A stretch of 64,000 bases of DNA from the human T2T-CHM13v2.0 reference genome, Homo sapiens, in the NCBI RefSeq assembly GCF_009914755.1, contig NC_060928.1; one strand, 5' to 3'. The notes under the pieces were generated by a model. That model did no database searches and had not been told where the DNA came from. It was given only the letters and a program-made list of their open reading frames with translations. Below, piece by piece: positions 12,715-28,200 of this stretch (position 1 is its first letter; every line of letters starts with the position of its first letter). The position numbers and the translations under genes are program-made.

Positions 12715-12795
12715 GCCGGGCCAGGTGGCTCATGCCTGTAATCCCAGCATTTTGGGAAGCCAAGGCAGGAGAATCACTTGATCCCAGGAGTTTGA
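12715..12795 (+). mobile_element. Alu left-arm fragment
   Basis: GGCCGGGCCAGGTGGCTCATGCCTGTAATCCCAGC...CCCAGGAGTTTGA. Confidence 0.85.
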
Positions 12796-14769
12796 ATGGA
12801 AATGGCCCTAGGCCTTGCCTACTTTGGGACAGGTCAGGCTCCAAGATACTTCTAAAAGTCTTGGCTTTCTTCTTATTGAAGGTGATCTATAAAATGTACC
12901 ATCACACCCTAGTGATTTGACATATGTTATTCCTAAATGTTTGTGGGGCATCCTAAATCCTGAGCAATACAGCCTCCATAAGAAAAAATTACTCTCTCCT
13001 CCCTCCTCCCCTACCCATCATTCCAAAGTTCTTACATTACAGAACTGCTTTATGCAGATAGGCTTACATATCCCAGAGGAGAGCTCATATACCATTTATA
13101 TTATATCACATGCACCTGTGCCAGGCCACAGGGACTCTCTGTGAAGTTACCCATGTCCCTGTCTACCGCCTCCTCCGATCAAGAAGACCTCATGGCTTCC
13201 TCATTATCATCTTTGCACCCCCAACTAGGGGAATCTTTTCCAGTTTGTTTTGGTTTGGTTTGGTTTTTATTTTGTTTGGGGTTATGGGAAAATGAGAATT
13301 CCCCTCTTCAAATTCTTATTTTCCTTTTTGTTCCCCTAATAATGCAGACTTATTGAAACACGGAACTAGGAGGAGATATCCTATTCACCTTTTTCTCTTC
13401 CCTTTCCTGAAAACACAAGCGTAGTGTTGTCTAACTAATAGAATGTGTGGTTGGAGGGCGAGGAGTCAGGAGATCAAAGAGGAGAAAAATATAGTGGGCA
13501 AAAAGGGTGAATATGTCAGCAATATTATCTGCTACTTGTACATAGTACTTGTACAAGCACTATGCTAGACAGTGGGCTTGCATTACTTCATTTACTCCTT
13601 ACAATGCCCTATGATGTAGACATTCTATTTTAAGGATAAGGAAACTGAGGCACACAGAGATTGACTAAGTAGTCCAATGTTACTGGCCAGTAGGAAGCAA
13701 AGGTATTACTAAATCCAAGTCAGTCAGATGCTTTAGCCAGGCTCTTAACCCCTTAGCCACTGCTTGGGACTTCTGGCCTCATGCTTATTAAGAGTAAAAG
13801 GAAAGCAGTGATAATTGCAAAAAATAAAAATAAAAATAAGCAATGGCACTGGAATACTCATGGTGACCTGGGCATCCAGGAGGGGCACAGGTTGGAATTA
13901 GTGTGTGTGGGAGACAATGCCTCTGCCTGAACCTGATGTTGAACTAGAATGGAGAGCCAGGAAGGAGTTGCCAGTCCGGTGGCCAAAAATATACTTTGCA
14001 ATATATCTAATGTATATTCTGACGTGAAATGTATTCTAGTCTGTTCTCACTTGAGGTACTTTGATGGTACTTTCTAGAAGCAAATGAAGCTTGGGTTGGG
14101 TTTAAACTCACTGTGGCAAAGCCAGCATATTGTGAAATATCAAGGCTGTCTGATTTCCTGCATGTTGTGAAATCAGGGCTAAATAAACAACACGAGAGGT
14201 CACAGTTATTCTTTAATGATGTGTTCCATGGGGAGAAGCTGTATAAACGAGAAAGCCAGGTTTACTCAGCATCTCTTTCTGAGGGGAGAAAGGGGGGATG
14301 GAGAGTGAAGAGGGGACTGTCTGAGGGTAGAGGCAGACTTTGTCAGCCTGGAGTGGTGGGGAGAAGATATTTGGCCAGAGATAGGGGTGCAGTAGTGGAA
14401 TGGGGAATGGGGGGCTTAGATATTAGACTATGGAAAGGGTAAAAATAAGCCCCGCCCCTCACCACTAACCTGGTCCCCGCATGACTTCTAACCACTGCAC
14501 TCACCACATATCCTGAGAGTCTGAAATGATTACCTAGAAGCCTCCTATACTCATCAAACCTCAGAGAAGACTGCTATTCAGTTAACTTTACAACAGTTGT
14601 AAGCATTTCCAGTTCTTTCATAAATAAATACTATTTCTTTTTAGTGTCAATGAAAAACGTTTCAGAATATTAATGAGTAGTGTTTGCTTCAATTGCACTG
14701 CAAGCTATCTTAAGCAGAACTGTTTCCTCCATTTTGAATCAAACCAGAGGAGATAGAGATGCAAATCAC

Positions 14770-15330
14770 AGTTCTTTAAAAAGTTAAACAGAATTATCAT
14801 ATGACCTAGCAACTCTCTTCCTAGGTATATAACCCCCAAAATTGAAGACAGGTACTCAAACAAATACTTGTAAACCAGTGTTCATAGCAGCATTGTTCAC
14901 AATAGTCAAAAGGTGGAACCGACCCAAATGTCATCAGACAATAATAGATACACAAAATATGTTATAGACATACAGTGGAAAATACTATTCAGCTATAAAA
15001 AGGAAAGAAATAGGCTGGGTGTGGTGGCTCATACCTGTAATACCAGTATTTTGGGAGACTGAGGCAGGAGGATTGCTTGGGACCAGGAGTTCAAGACTAG
15101 CCTGGGCATCATAGCAAGACCCTATCTCTATAGAAAAATTAAAAATTAGATGGGCACGGTGGCATGCACCTATAGTCCCAGCTTACTTATGAGGTGAGAT
15201 AGGAGGATTCCTCGAGTCCAGGAGTTCAAGGCTGCAGTGAGCTGATTGTGCCACTGTACTCCAGCCTGTGACAGAGCTAGATCCTGTCTCTTAAAGAAAG
15301 AATGAAGTCCTGATACATGCTACTACAGTG
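14770..15330 (+). mobile_element. L1MB 3' fragment interrupted by AluJ (15013-15300)
   Basis: L1 motifs TTCATAGCAGCATTGTTCACAATAG and AATGAAGTCCTGATACATGCTAC flank a full Alu. Confidence 0.85.
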
Positions 15331-15705
15331 CAGACTTCTTTTCTTTTCTTTCTCATCTGCCATTTCTGATGTGAGTAATGGTCCCTCTTAGAATATGATC
15401 TTTTTAAAAATCAGTGATGGGAAAAGAATTCTAGAAAGTTCTGGCAGTTTTTTACCCAGGGAGAAATAAAAGGGATAACCAGTCATAGGTACATTTTCTG
15501 TTACATAAGAAGCAAGATTGTACAAGAATGCTTCCAGGTGCTCACCTGGGATCAGCTGGGACCAGAGGGGTTTCTTCATTCTCTCAGCGGAGTCAGTACA
15601 CACACTCAGCTTCCCCTGGGGATGGCAGCTTCCTCCTGGTCCTCTTTATTTCCCCATGGGAAACTGTACAACTCACAGGCCCCAAGGTCCCTCACTGATT
15701 CCTAA

Positions 15706-16287
<582 letters not shown>

Positions 16288-16299
16288 TATTCCCCATTA

Positions 16300-16595
16300 T
16301 TTCAAGCGAACTACTGCAAAAACAGAGAAAAAATACCGCATGTTATCACTTATTAGCTAAAGAGCTAAGCATCAAACACACACGGACACAAAGATGGGAA
16401 CAATTGACACTGGAGACTACTTGAAGGAGGACGTGGGTGAGGAGTATAGGTTGAAAACCTACCTATTGGGTATCATGCTCACTACCTGGGTGACAGGATC
16501 CTTCGCACACCAAACCTCAGCGACACCCAGTTTACCTGTGTAACAAACTTGCACATGTACCACCTGAACCTAAAATAAAAATCAAAGGAAAAAAA
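16300..16595 (+). mobile_element. L1PA/PB 3' end
   Basis: CACCAAACCTCAGCGACAC...TTGCACATGTACCACCTGAACCTAAAATAAAA. Confidence 0.85.
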
Positions 16596-16867
16596 TGCGT
16601 ATTCCTTAATCTATGCCACATGATGTTGTGGAATTCATCCCAAACTCTTTAACAATAGGTGACTACCATGAAGGGATCCACCTGGTATACTAATATCTCT
16701 ATATGAAACAACAAAAAGAAACTGCACATTTAAGAATGAGGCCTACACAGAATTTCAGGGAGGCTGGGCAGGCCCAATCCTTTATCTGAAGAAAAATCTC
16801 AATATTCAGTGGTACAAAATACTACTTTTAAATTCAGTCTCCAATCCTTCCAGTGTCCAATTCATGA

Positions 16868-17220
<353 letters not shown>

Positions 17221-18212
17221 TAACTCTCCGCTGCCTCCACCAGCCCTGTCCTAGAGGAGCCTCTCAAGTTCCGGGTAATCATCAGAGGAGGGTTTTGGTC
17301 CTTCACATTCTTTCAGAGTCAACAGCACAAACCCATCCTTTGCTTGTCACTGTTGAAGTTCTCTCAAACTCTATTTACTATGTCTGAGCAAAAGGTAAAT
17401 ATTACTTGCTATATGCCAAGCTCTGTTCTAAGGACTTCACATCTATTAATTTTTCAAAGGTCTGGGTAGGGGAAGAAGACCCTGGTCATGGATATTTCTA
17501 CCATGGAGGACTAGTAAGCCCCAGCTGAGCGCCTAGTTTAAGTCTTGGTCAGGCAAGAGTTCCAAGCTGAAGCTCAGAAGAAAGGCAGGGGGGGAAGAGG
17601 CCCAGGTGAAGCCTCGTGCATGGGAATCGACCATGTAGGTGTAAGAATTCTCTGGCAGGATCAGACCTTGACAGGTGGATGCATCAGACTAATGATAATT
17701 GCACACCCCTTCAAAGCCATATTTTTGTTCAATATCAAAGGTAAGGCTTTGTGGGGGCTGGTAGCAGATGTCAGCCTCTTGTCAATCCAGCTCTGGGGGC
17801 ATGTTTGTACACCATTCAGTAAAACAGTCCTCCAGGTGTTAATGAAAACTACCTTCCTTGGAAGTACTTTATTTTAACCTCAGCTCATTTCTGCAAGTGG
17901 CTTAACCAAGTGTTCCCTCCAAACACATACAGTGCTTGGCCTGTGAAAGGCTTTGGGAGACAGAATTGTCTCCTTCTTGGTAGATTTCCAGTGAGTTTTG
18001 GGTAATCTGCATCCTGGGGAGTGGTACAGTAGCCCACCCCTTATTGGGTCCTACTTAGCCAGAAGTCTAACTTTGAGAATTCATCAAAATTTGGCTGGGT
18101 ACTGTGAGAAGACAGCAGAATCCTGTATAATCCAGAATCAGAATCAGAATGTGATGTGCATCACAATATTATCACAGTTGTCTTTATTATCACCGCCCTC
18201 TTCCTCTAATCC

Positions 18213-18375
18213 CTTGCTACTCAAAGTGTGATCCCAAGACGTTGCATTGGAACCACCTAGGAGCTTGTTAGAAATAGAGACTCTCAGGCCCTGGTCTGGG
18301 CCAACTAAACAAAATTTGCATTTGAACAAGAACAACCTATGACCCATGAGTAGAGTAAAGTGTGAGAAGCATAGC
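18213..18375 (+). mobile_element. MER5A DNA transposon
   Basis: CTACTCAAAGTGTG...GAGCTTGTTAGAAAT...CTCAGGCCC...TTGCATTTGAACAAG...AAAGTGTGAGAAGCA. Confidence 0.75.
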
Positions 18376-18655
18376 AGGTTAGTCCATAGTCCCTCAAGGC
18401 CCAGTCACAAGTGTGCTTTTCCATAACCCTTCTTCAGGGGACCTCAAAACTGGTATTTGGACTCTCCACTCTCCACCTCACTAAAAGGAGAGTGTCCCTG
18501 GCCTGCTTTCCACCCTCAGAGTGAGTCTCCCTGGACTATTGAAGATCACTATGTCTTGGGACATTCAGGCTTGATCTTTGGGCTGCTACCCTATCCCTGA
18601 GCGATGTGTGACACAGTCATGCTGTCTTCCCAGGTTCTGATGATGTTGGGGGAAT

Positions 18656-19402
<747 letters not shown>

Positions 19403-20723
19403 GTTATTTTATTTTATTTATTTATTTTTAATTTCAGAAGTTTTTGGGGAACAGGTGGTGTTTGGTTGAATGGAAAAGTTCTTTAGTGGAGATTTCTGAG
19501 ATTTTGGTGCACACATCACCCAAGCAGTAAACACGGTATCCAATGTGTAGTCTTTTATCCCTCACCCGCCTCCTACCCTTCCCCCCAAGTCCCCAGAGTC
19601 CATTATATCATTCTTATAGGCATAAGAATGATATAATGCATCCTCATAGCTTAGCATCTTATATGCATCCTCATAGCTTAGCTCCCACTTGTGAGAAGAT
19701 ACAATGTTTGGTTTTCTATTCCTGAGTTACTTCACTTAGAATAATGATCTCCAACTCCACCCAGGTTGCTGCAAATGCTATTATTTTGCTCCTTTTTATG
19801 GCTGAGTAGTATTCCATAGTAAATATATATACCACATTTTCTTTATCCACTCGCACTCGTTGGCACTTGAGCTGGTTCCATATTTTTCCAGTTGTGTATT
19901 GTGCTGCTATAAAGACACACGTGCAAGTGTCTTTTTCATATGATTTCTTTTCCTCTGGGTAGATAGAGTCTTCAGCATTTTCTAGGTATATGATCATATC
20001 ATCAGCGAACAGTGACAGTTTGACTTCTTTACCAATTTGGATGCCTTTCCTTCCCTTGTCTGACTCCTCTGGCTGGGACTTCTAGTACAATGTTGAATAG
20101 CAGTGATGAAAATGGGCATCCTTGTCTTGTTCCAGTTCTTAGGGAAATGCTTTCAACTTTTCCCCATTCAGTATAATGTTGGCTGTGGGTTTGTCATAGA
20201 TGGCTTTTATTACCTTAAGGTATGCCCCTTCTATTTCGATTTTACCAGGGGTTTTAATCATAAAGGGATGCTGGATTTTCTCAAATGCTTTTTCTGCATC
20301 TATTGAGATGATCAAATGATCTTTGTTTTTAATTCTGTTGATGTGATGTATCACACTTATTGACTTGCGTAAGTTAAACCACCCCCATATCCCTGGTATG
20401 AAACTCACTTGATCATGGCATATTATCTTTTTGATATGCTGTTGGATCCAGTTAGCTAGTATTTTGTTGTAGATTTTTGTTTCCATGTTCATCAGGGATA
20501 TTAGTCTGTAATTGTTTTTGTTGTTGTTATGTCTTTTCCTGGTTTCGGTATTAGGGTGATACTGGCTTCATGGAATGATTTAGGGAGGATTTCCTCATTC
20601 TCTATCATTGGAATAGTTTCAGTGAAATTGGTACCAATTCATCTTTGAATGTCTGATATAATTTAGCTGTGAATCCATCCGGTCCTGGACTTCTTTTTGT
20701 TGGCAATATTTTTTATTACTGTT

Positions 20724-21354
20724 TGTTGGGGTGATCAGACTCAACACCAGGTCGTGGTGGCTATGAAGTCCGACAGAGTCAAAAGGAATGAGACAAGACA
20801 AGTTAAGAGTACATACGGTGGGTCCAGGGAGCCAACGCTAGTATGGAGGCTGCGAAGGCCCTGAGCTCTGGGAACCCATACTATTTACTGGTAATCAAAC
20901 AAAGAAGCAGGTGGTGAGGACGTGTGGACATGGGGGTAAACAGGTGAGGACATGAGGACATTGAGGGTAGAAAGGCAGTGGTGCATCAAGTGTAGCTGTC
21001 ACAGTTTAGCATTATGCTCTGCTACTTGGGATAATGGAGAACAGGTTCTTCTAATTCAAGATACAATCAATTTATGATTTTGGGAGAGCAAGGAGCAAGG
21101 GGCCAGTGAGTCTGGACACATTCCAGAGGCTAAGAGGGGTTTTATGCCCTGAGCCCTGGATTCCATCCAAGCCACAAGGGGTTTTATGCCCTGGGTTTAG
21201 ATTGTAGTGCTGTGGGGCAGCCTTCCACTCTTTGGCACAGAGCTTGGTGTTCCATAGGCCACAAGGGGTTTTGGACCCTGGACCCAGGACATGTTCCAAG
21301 ACTCTTCTACATTATGTCAGACAAACAAGCCCTGCCTCAGCCCTTCTACCAATA
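20724..21354 (-). mobile_element. LTR22-family (HERV-K HML-5) solo LTR nested in L1
   Basis: TG...(C>T)A termini; 5-bp TSD CTGTT at 20719-20723 and 21355-21359; three AGGGGTTTTATGCCCTG-like internal repeats; family from recalled consensus. Confidence 0.8.
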
Positions 21355-22869
21355 CTGTTTAAGTCTCACTGCTTGTTACTGGTCTGTTCAGAGTTTCCAT
21401 TTCTTCCTGATTTAATCAGGAGTGTTGTATATTTCCAGGAATTTATTCATCTTCTCTAGATTTTCTAGTTTGTGTGAATAAAAGATGTTCATAGTAACCT
21501 TAAATGATCTTTTGTATTTCTGTGATATTGGTTGTAATAGCTCCCATTTCACTTCTAATTGAGCTTTTTTCAATCTTCTCTCTTCTTTTCTTGGTTAATC
21601 TCACTAATGGTCTATCAATTTTGTTTATCATTTCAAAGAACCAAGTTTTTTTTCATTTGTCTTTCGAATTTTGTTTGTTTGTTTGTTTCAATTTCATCTA
21701 GTTCCGCCCTGACCTTTGTTATTTCTTTTCTTCTGCTGGGTTTGGGTTTGGTTTGTTCTTGTTTCTCTAGTTTCTTGAGGTGTGACCTTAGAGTGTCTAT
21801 TTGTGCTCTTTCAGACTTTTTGATGTAGTCAAAAGTTTGATGAACTTTCCTCTTAGCACCACTTTTGCTGTGTGCCAGAGGGTTTGATAAGTTGTGTCAC
21901 TATTATCGTTCAAAGAATTTTTTAAATTTCCATTTTGATTTCATTGTTGTTCCAAAGATCATTTAATGTCCAAAGATCATTCAGGAGTAGATTATTTAAT
22001 GTCCATTATTTGTACAGTTTTGAGGGTTCCTTTTGGAGTTAATTTTCAGTTTTATTTCACTGTGGTTTGAGAGGGTACTTGATATAATTTTGACTTTTTA
22101 AAATTTATTGAGACCTGTTTTGTGGCCTATCATATGGTCTATCTTGGAGAATGTTCCATGGGCTGATGACAAAAATGAATATTCTGCAGTTGTTGGGTAT
22201 AATGTTCTGTAAATATCTATCTGGGGTATAGTTTCAGTCCATTGTTTCTTTGTTGACTTTCTGTCTTGATGATCTGTCTAATGCAGTCAGTGGAGTATTG
22301 AAGTCCCCACTATTATTGTGTTACCATCTATCTCATTTCTTAGGTCTAGTAATACATGTTTTATAAATTTGGGAGCTCCAGTGTTAGGTGAGTATATACT
22401 TAGGATTGTGATATTTTCCTGTTGGACTGATCCTCTTGTCACTATATAATGTGCCACCTCTTTGTCTTTTCTAACTGTTGTTGCTTTAAAGTCTGTTTTG
22501 TCTGATATAAGAATAGCTATTCCTGCTTGCTTTTGGTGTTCATTTGCCTAGAATATCTTTTTCTAGCCCATTACATTAAGTTTACGTGATTTCTTATGCA
22601 TTAGGTGAGTCTCTTGAAGACAGCAGATACCTGGTTACTTGATTTTTATCTATTCTGCCATTCTGTATCTTTTAAGTGGAACATTTAGGCCATTTACATT
22701 CAACTTCAGTATTGAGATGTAAGGTACTTTTTTATTCATTGTGCTAGTTGGTGCCTGAATACCTTTTTTTTTTCATTGTGTTGTTGTTTTATAGGCCCTG
22801 CAAGATTTATGCTCTAAGGAGGTTCTATTTTTGCCTATTTTGAGGTTTTATTTCACGATTTAGAATCCC

Positions 22870-23271
<402 letters not shown>

Positions 23272-25289
23272 TTATTTATGAAGCTTAGTTTTGCTGGATA
23301 AACTACTCTTGGCTGCCAATTATTTTGCTTAAGGAGGCTAAAGATAGTACCCCAATCCTTTCTGGCTTGTAGAGATTCTGTTGAGAAACCTGCTATTAAT
23401 CTGATAGATTTTCCTTTATAGGTTACATGATGCTTTTGCCTCATAGCTCTTAAGATTCTTTCCTTCATCTTGATGTTAGATAACTTGATGACTATGTGCC
23501 CAGGTAATGATCTTTTTGTGATGAATTTCCTGGGTGTTCTTTGAGCTTCTTGTATTTGGATATCTAGATCTCCAGCAAGGCCAGGAAATCCCTCAAATAA
23601 ATTTCCCAAACTTTTAAATTTCTCTTCTTCCACAGGAACACCAATTATTCTTAGGGTTGGCTGTTTAACATAATCCCTAATTTCATGGACGCTTTATTCA
23701 TTTTTTTAATTACTTTTTCTTTGTCTTTGTCAGATTGGGTTAATTCAAAAGCCTTGTTTTCAAGCTCTGAAATTCTTTCTTCTACTTGTTCTATTGTTGA
23801 CTTTATATTTTTCTAAGTGTGCACTTTATATTTTTCTAAGTGTGTCTTTGATTTCCAGAAGTTGTGATTGTTTTTTCTTTATGATGTCTGTTTCTCTGGA
23901 AAATTGTTCATCCATGTCTTGTATTGTTTTTTAAATTTCTTTACGTTGGTTTTCACTTTTCTCTGGTATCTCCTTGAGTAGCCTTAATAATCAACCTTCT
24001 GAATTCTTCATGTGGCAGTTCAGACATGTTTTTCTTGGTTTGAATCCATTGCTAGGGAGCTAGTGTGGTTTTGTGGGGTGTTATAGAACCTTGTTTTGTC
24101 ATATTACCAGAATTACTTTTCTGATTCCTTCTCATTTGGGTAGACTGTTTCAGTGGAAAAAGCCGGAACTCAAGGCCGCTGTTCAGATTCTTTTGTCCTA
24201 TAGGGTGATCCCTTGATGTGGTATGCTCTCCCTTTCCCTAGGGACGTGGCTTTCTGGGAGCTGAACTGAATGATTATTATTGCTCTTCTGGGTCCAGCCA
24301 CCCAGTGCAGCTACCAGGCTCCAGGCTGGTGCTGAGAAATACCTGATTCCTGTGATGTGATCCATCTTCAGGTTTCCCAGCTGTGCATACCAGCACCTGC
24401 TCTGATGGAGGTATCAGGGGAGTGAAGTAGACTCTGTGAGAGTCCTTGGTTGTAGATATGCTTAGTGTGCTGGCTTTCTTGGATGCTGGTTATGCTAGCA
24501 GTGAAGTTTTTATGTGGACAGACCCAGGCCATCTGGTTAGCCATGATGTTGCAGGCAGTGAAATTAGGTGTTGTTTTCTCCTCCCTTGGAGCAGGGTTAT
24601 TCTGTCATTAATTGCTATTATGTCCTGAGGTGGATGATCTCCAGCCAGGAGGTGGTGCTTTCAAGAGAGCACCAGCTACGATAGTAGAATGGGGATATAA
24701 GCTTGCCCTAAGTTGGCCAGGATATGTATTTGGGTTTCTCAGGTAATGGTCAGGGCCATGAAGCTCCCAAAAGTTTATGTCTTTTGTGATTGGCTATTGG
24801 GATGGGTAGAGAAAAACCATGAGGTGGGTGCAGGGTTAGACAAGTCTGAGCTCAGACTCTCCTTGGGCAGGGCTTGCTATGGCCACTGTAGGGGATGCTG
24901 GGTGGTTCTTGGGCTAATGGGGTTATGTTCCAGAGGGGATTATGGCCACCTCTCTCACTAAGAAAGTGGGGGAAAGCCAGTAACAATAGGCCTAACTCAA
25001 CTCCCACACAGCTGGTGAGGCTGGTCTTGCTCGCTCTGTGCCCTCCTAACAGTGGCAAATTAATCTCCAGGAAGCCCAGGGAGAACTCAGACCTTGCCCC
25101 AGGCTATAAGCTTCCCTGCTGAGAAAGCAAGCATCACTTTCAGGCCTCACCTGCCCCTCCCTGTCTGCCCACACGATGGGCCATGGCTCCTGTGCTTCTT
25201 TCTGCAGCAGTTCCTGTTCAACACCTGGATTCTGCTCAAGAGAGTTTATGCCCAATAAAATTATTATAAAGTTCAGTTTGAAGCTTCCC

Positions 25290-28200
25290 TTCTCTTCCTA
25301 GCAGATATCTGGGGTATGTGAGAGAGAGAGGAAAGAGCGTCCTCTTTCCCTCTTCTGTCCTTCCATCCCCGAGTCCAGGCGACCTTGGCAGTCACCACCA
25401 TAGGTGTTAAAATGACTTACACTCATGAAGCAGGGGGTTTAGGGGGTGAAAATCTGCCATTCTTACCCACATATGCCCTATCTCCCTTATTGTCAGTAGC
25501 CTTGAATTCCCTAGACCTCATTTATGCCATGGACACTAACGTGGCCTTTATCCATGAAACAGGAAGCTTGGGCATGGCTTAATTGGCAGGAATCAGCCAC
25601 GATCACCTGTGCTGTGCCTTTTAACCTCTGTTGTTGTCTACCTCTGGATCCCTTAGATCCAGTTTTCTTTCCTAGGGCTTTGACCCAAAGCTTGGAATTG
25701 AGTTTGGAACAAAAATGTGTCTCAGGGGAGTTGCATGGACTCCCTATCATAAGCTGCATGCTAAGGTGAAACCGTAGAACTGAGTCCTCCTCCAATAAGG
25801 GAGAGGAAAGGATGTCTTGTGACACACCCAGATGACTGATAGCTATAGTTATGCTTGCTAAGATTTGGGTGCATGATGCTTGGCTTTTGTTAGCTCCCTT
25901 GGTCTTATTTTCCCAAAGGAAATGTCCAAGTGATGGGCATCCTATTCATTCCCATCACCTGGCAGGGTTTTCAGGATAATTCCTCAGAATTAGAATGTTG
26001 ATCCAGATTTTCACATTACCCATCCCTCTTGTTCTTTCTGAGCTGCAGCTGGAGACTGCCGGTTGGTTCACAGGAACAAGTAGGATTAGTCTTAAAATGT
26101 AGGTAAAAACTTAAAAACAACTAGTGAGTTTAGAATTTAATGACAAATATATGATAGGTTTTGAAACACGATTTCTCACTCGCCAGTCCTCATTTTTGTT
26201 AAAAACAAACAAACAAACAAATCATGACAGGACTGAGTTGTTTGCAAAATAGACTTTACATTTTTATACTTGGCCTGATTATTTGCATAAAGTACAGCAA
26301 GAATTATTATTTCCGCAAAGGCCTTTCGGATTGGCTTCGATGGAAGTTTGTTCCACAAGGAATCAGATAAGACCTTTTAAAGCTGAGCCCAGGCATGGGT
26401 TTATCCTCAAATACCTGTGAGTTTGGTGATCCTCTCCTCTTAAGGTTCCAAGATAAACTTGGAGTTCCTGGACCTGTTAAAAGTGGCATTCTTTACTGAC
26501 CATAGGAACCCTGTGCAGGGACTGTGTAAACAAGGGTATGAGGCCAGTTTCCCCACTGGGATTTTATTGGCGCTGCAAGTCAAGATTGACTCCTTAAAGG
26601 AAAGCATACCCTTCCAGTCAAAGACTTGGTAAAGTAACCAGTTTTTCCAATTGTGTCCCGTTGCAAGAGAGAAGTGGATTCCTATTGCACTGATGTAAAC
26701 AACTATATTGCCATAAGTTATGAATACTCACAGATAGTTTTCAAATTTTAGAGGAACCAGGCAGAGAGAAACAAACATGCTTCAAATTTTGGTTACAGAA
26801 GTATACCTTGCTTAATTATTAAAGGCCATAAATAGTTCAAAATAAGTTTCCTTGACTCTGAGAAACAAAACAAGGATGAGCAATATTCCAAGCAAAAGTC
26901 AAAAAGATTGCTTTAGTTTTCTGAGTTCAGTCCATTTAGTTAATTCTTGCTTTGGTTGATATTCGTGAACATTTCAGCTCTTCATGAGTCCTGTACATTT
27001 TCCTTTATTCCAATGTCACAATCTCCAAAGTTATCAGAAGCCTGTATTTGAGAGCACCTGTTACAGTTCTACGGCTTATTCTAAATCATCTCTTGAAAAG
27101 GATTAAAACAAGACAACAATTGTCTCTGAATAGCAAAAATGTCCAGGGTAGTTACACTTGGAAACACAATTGACAAAGGAGTTTGGTTTTCTCTGTGGTT
27201 TACAATAAGTTAACATAACAACCTTAATTATGATTGGTAGCATAACTTAGACATTAGAATTTTAGAAAGTCCCATACAGTTTTGGAACATGTATTAATAT
27301 TACTCACAAAAATATAACCTAAACAAGATTGAACATCATTATGACAATTTCATTTACCTAGACATGTCAAATCATCTCGTTTGCCTCTCTTTTCTGGATG
27401 TTTCAGGGGCCCTCTGGACTATCTAAAAGCCAGGTATCAGAAAAGACAATTATGAAACTTAAGTTTGATTTTTGGAAGGCTGTTAAATATGTTTAAAACA
27501 TTTGATATTATGAAATAGTGTTCCAGATTACTATAAACAATTTTGCCAAAATGATGACTCAGAAATTTTAAAGCAGCAAAAACCTTTAATAACCCTTTTG
27601 AATTTAGTTAACATGGTCACAGAGAACCTCTTCTGCAAGATTAATTTCCATAATTCTTGCACCAGTTGTTTGAACCTTCAGCTTTTCCTATCTAACTCAA
27701 AACAATCCTTTAACCCTAGGCAAAAATTTACATTTCCATGCTTCCTTATAACCTTTTACTAAAAAACCACATTTTACCGTTCTTACACACCTTGCATGTA
27801 AATCTATTTCCAGTAGTCTCAATTACATGTTGTAATGGTAACTCCTAGAATTTTTAACGTTAATTTAAAACCTGGTAAGTTGTTCTAATTGTGTGCTAAC
27901 TGCAGCCAAGTTTTGCCTTCTTAATTAAGGGTGTGGTTAGTTCCATGTGTCCCCAGGCCTTACCAGCTGTGAAGCCAGCAAGTCATATTTCTCAAAACCC
28001 AAAAAGCAGTTTGTAACCTTAAAACATTTAGCAAACCTTGCATCTGACCTGCATTATGCAGCCCACCTATTTACATTTTAATGACATCTGTTTTTACCAA
28101 TAATCTTTAAGGTTGCTTTTATTTCTCAAAGATTAAAGTCGCGTGAACTGAAAGGCATCACAGCTTTTATCTTCCCTTAAAAAAATATTAGATCTGAGCA

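Noticed and set aside
18150-18165. TGTGA-N6-TCACA, the bacterial CRP consensus
   Set aside because: Coincidental in primate DNA; no bacterial context
21287-21296. p53 half-site GGACATGTTC in the LTR22-type LTR
   Set aside because: Single decamer without an adjacent matching half-site
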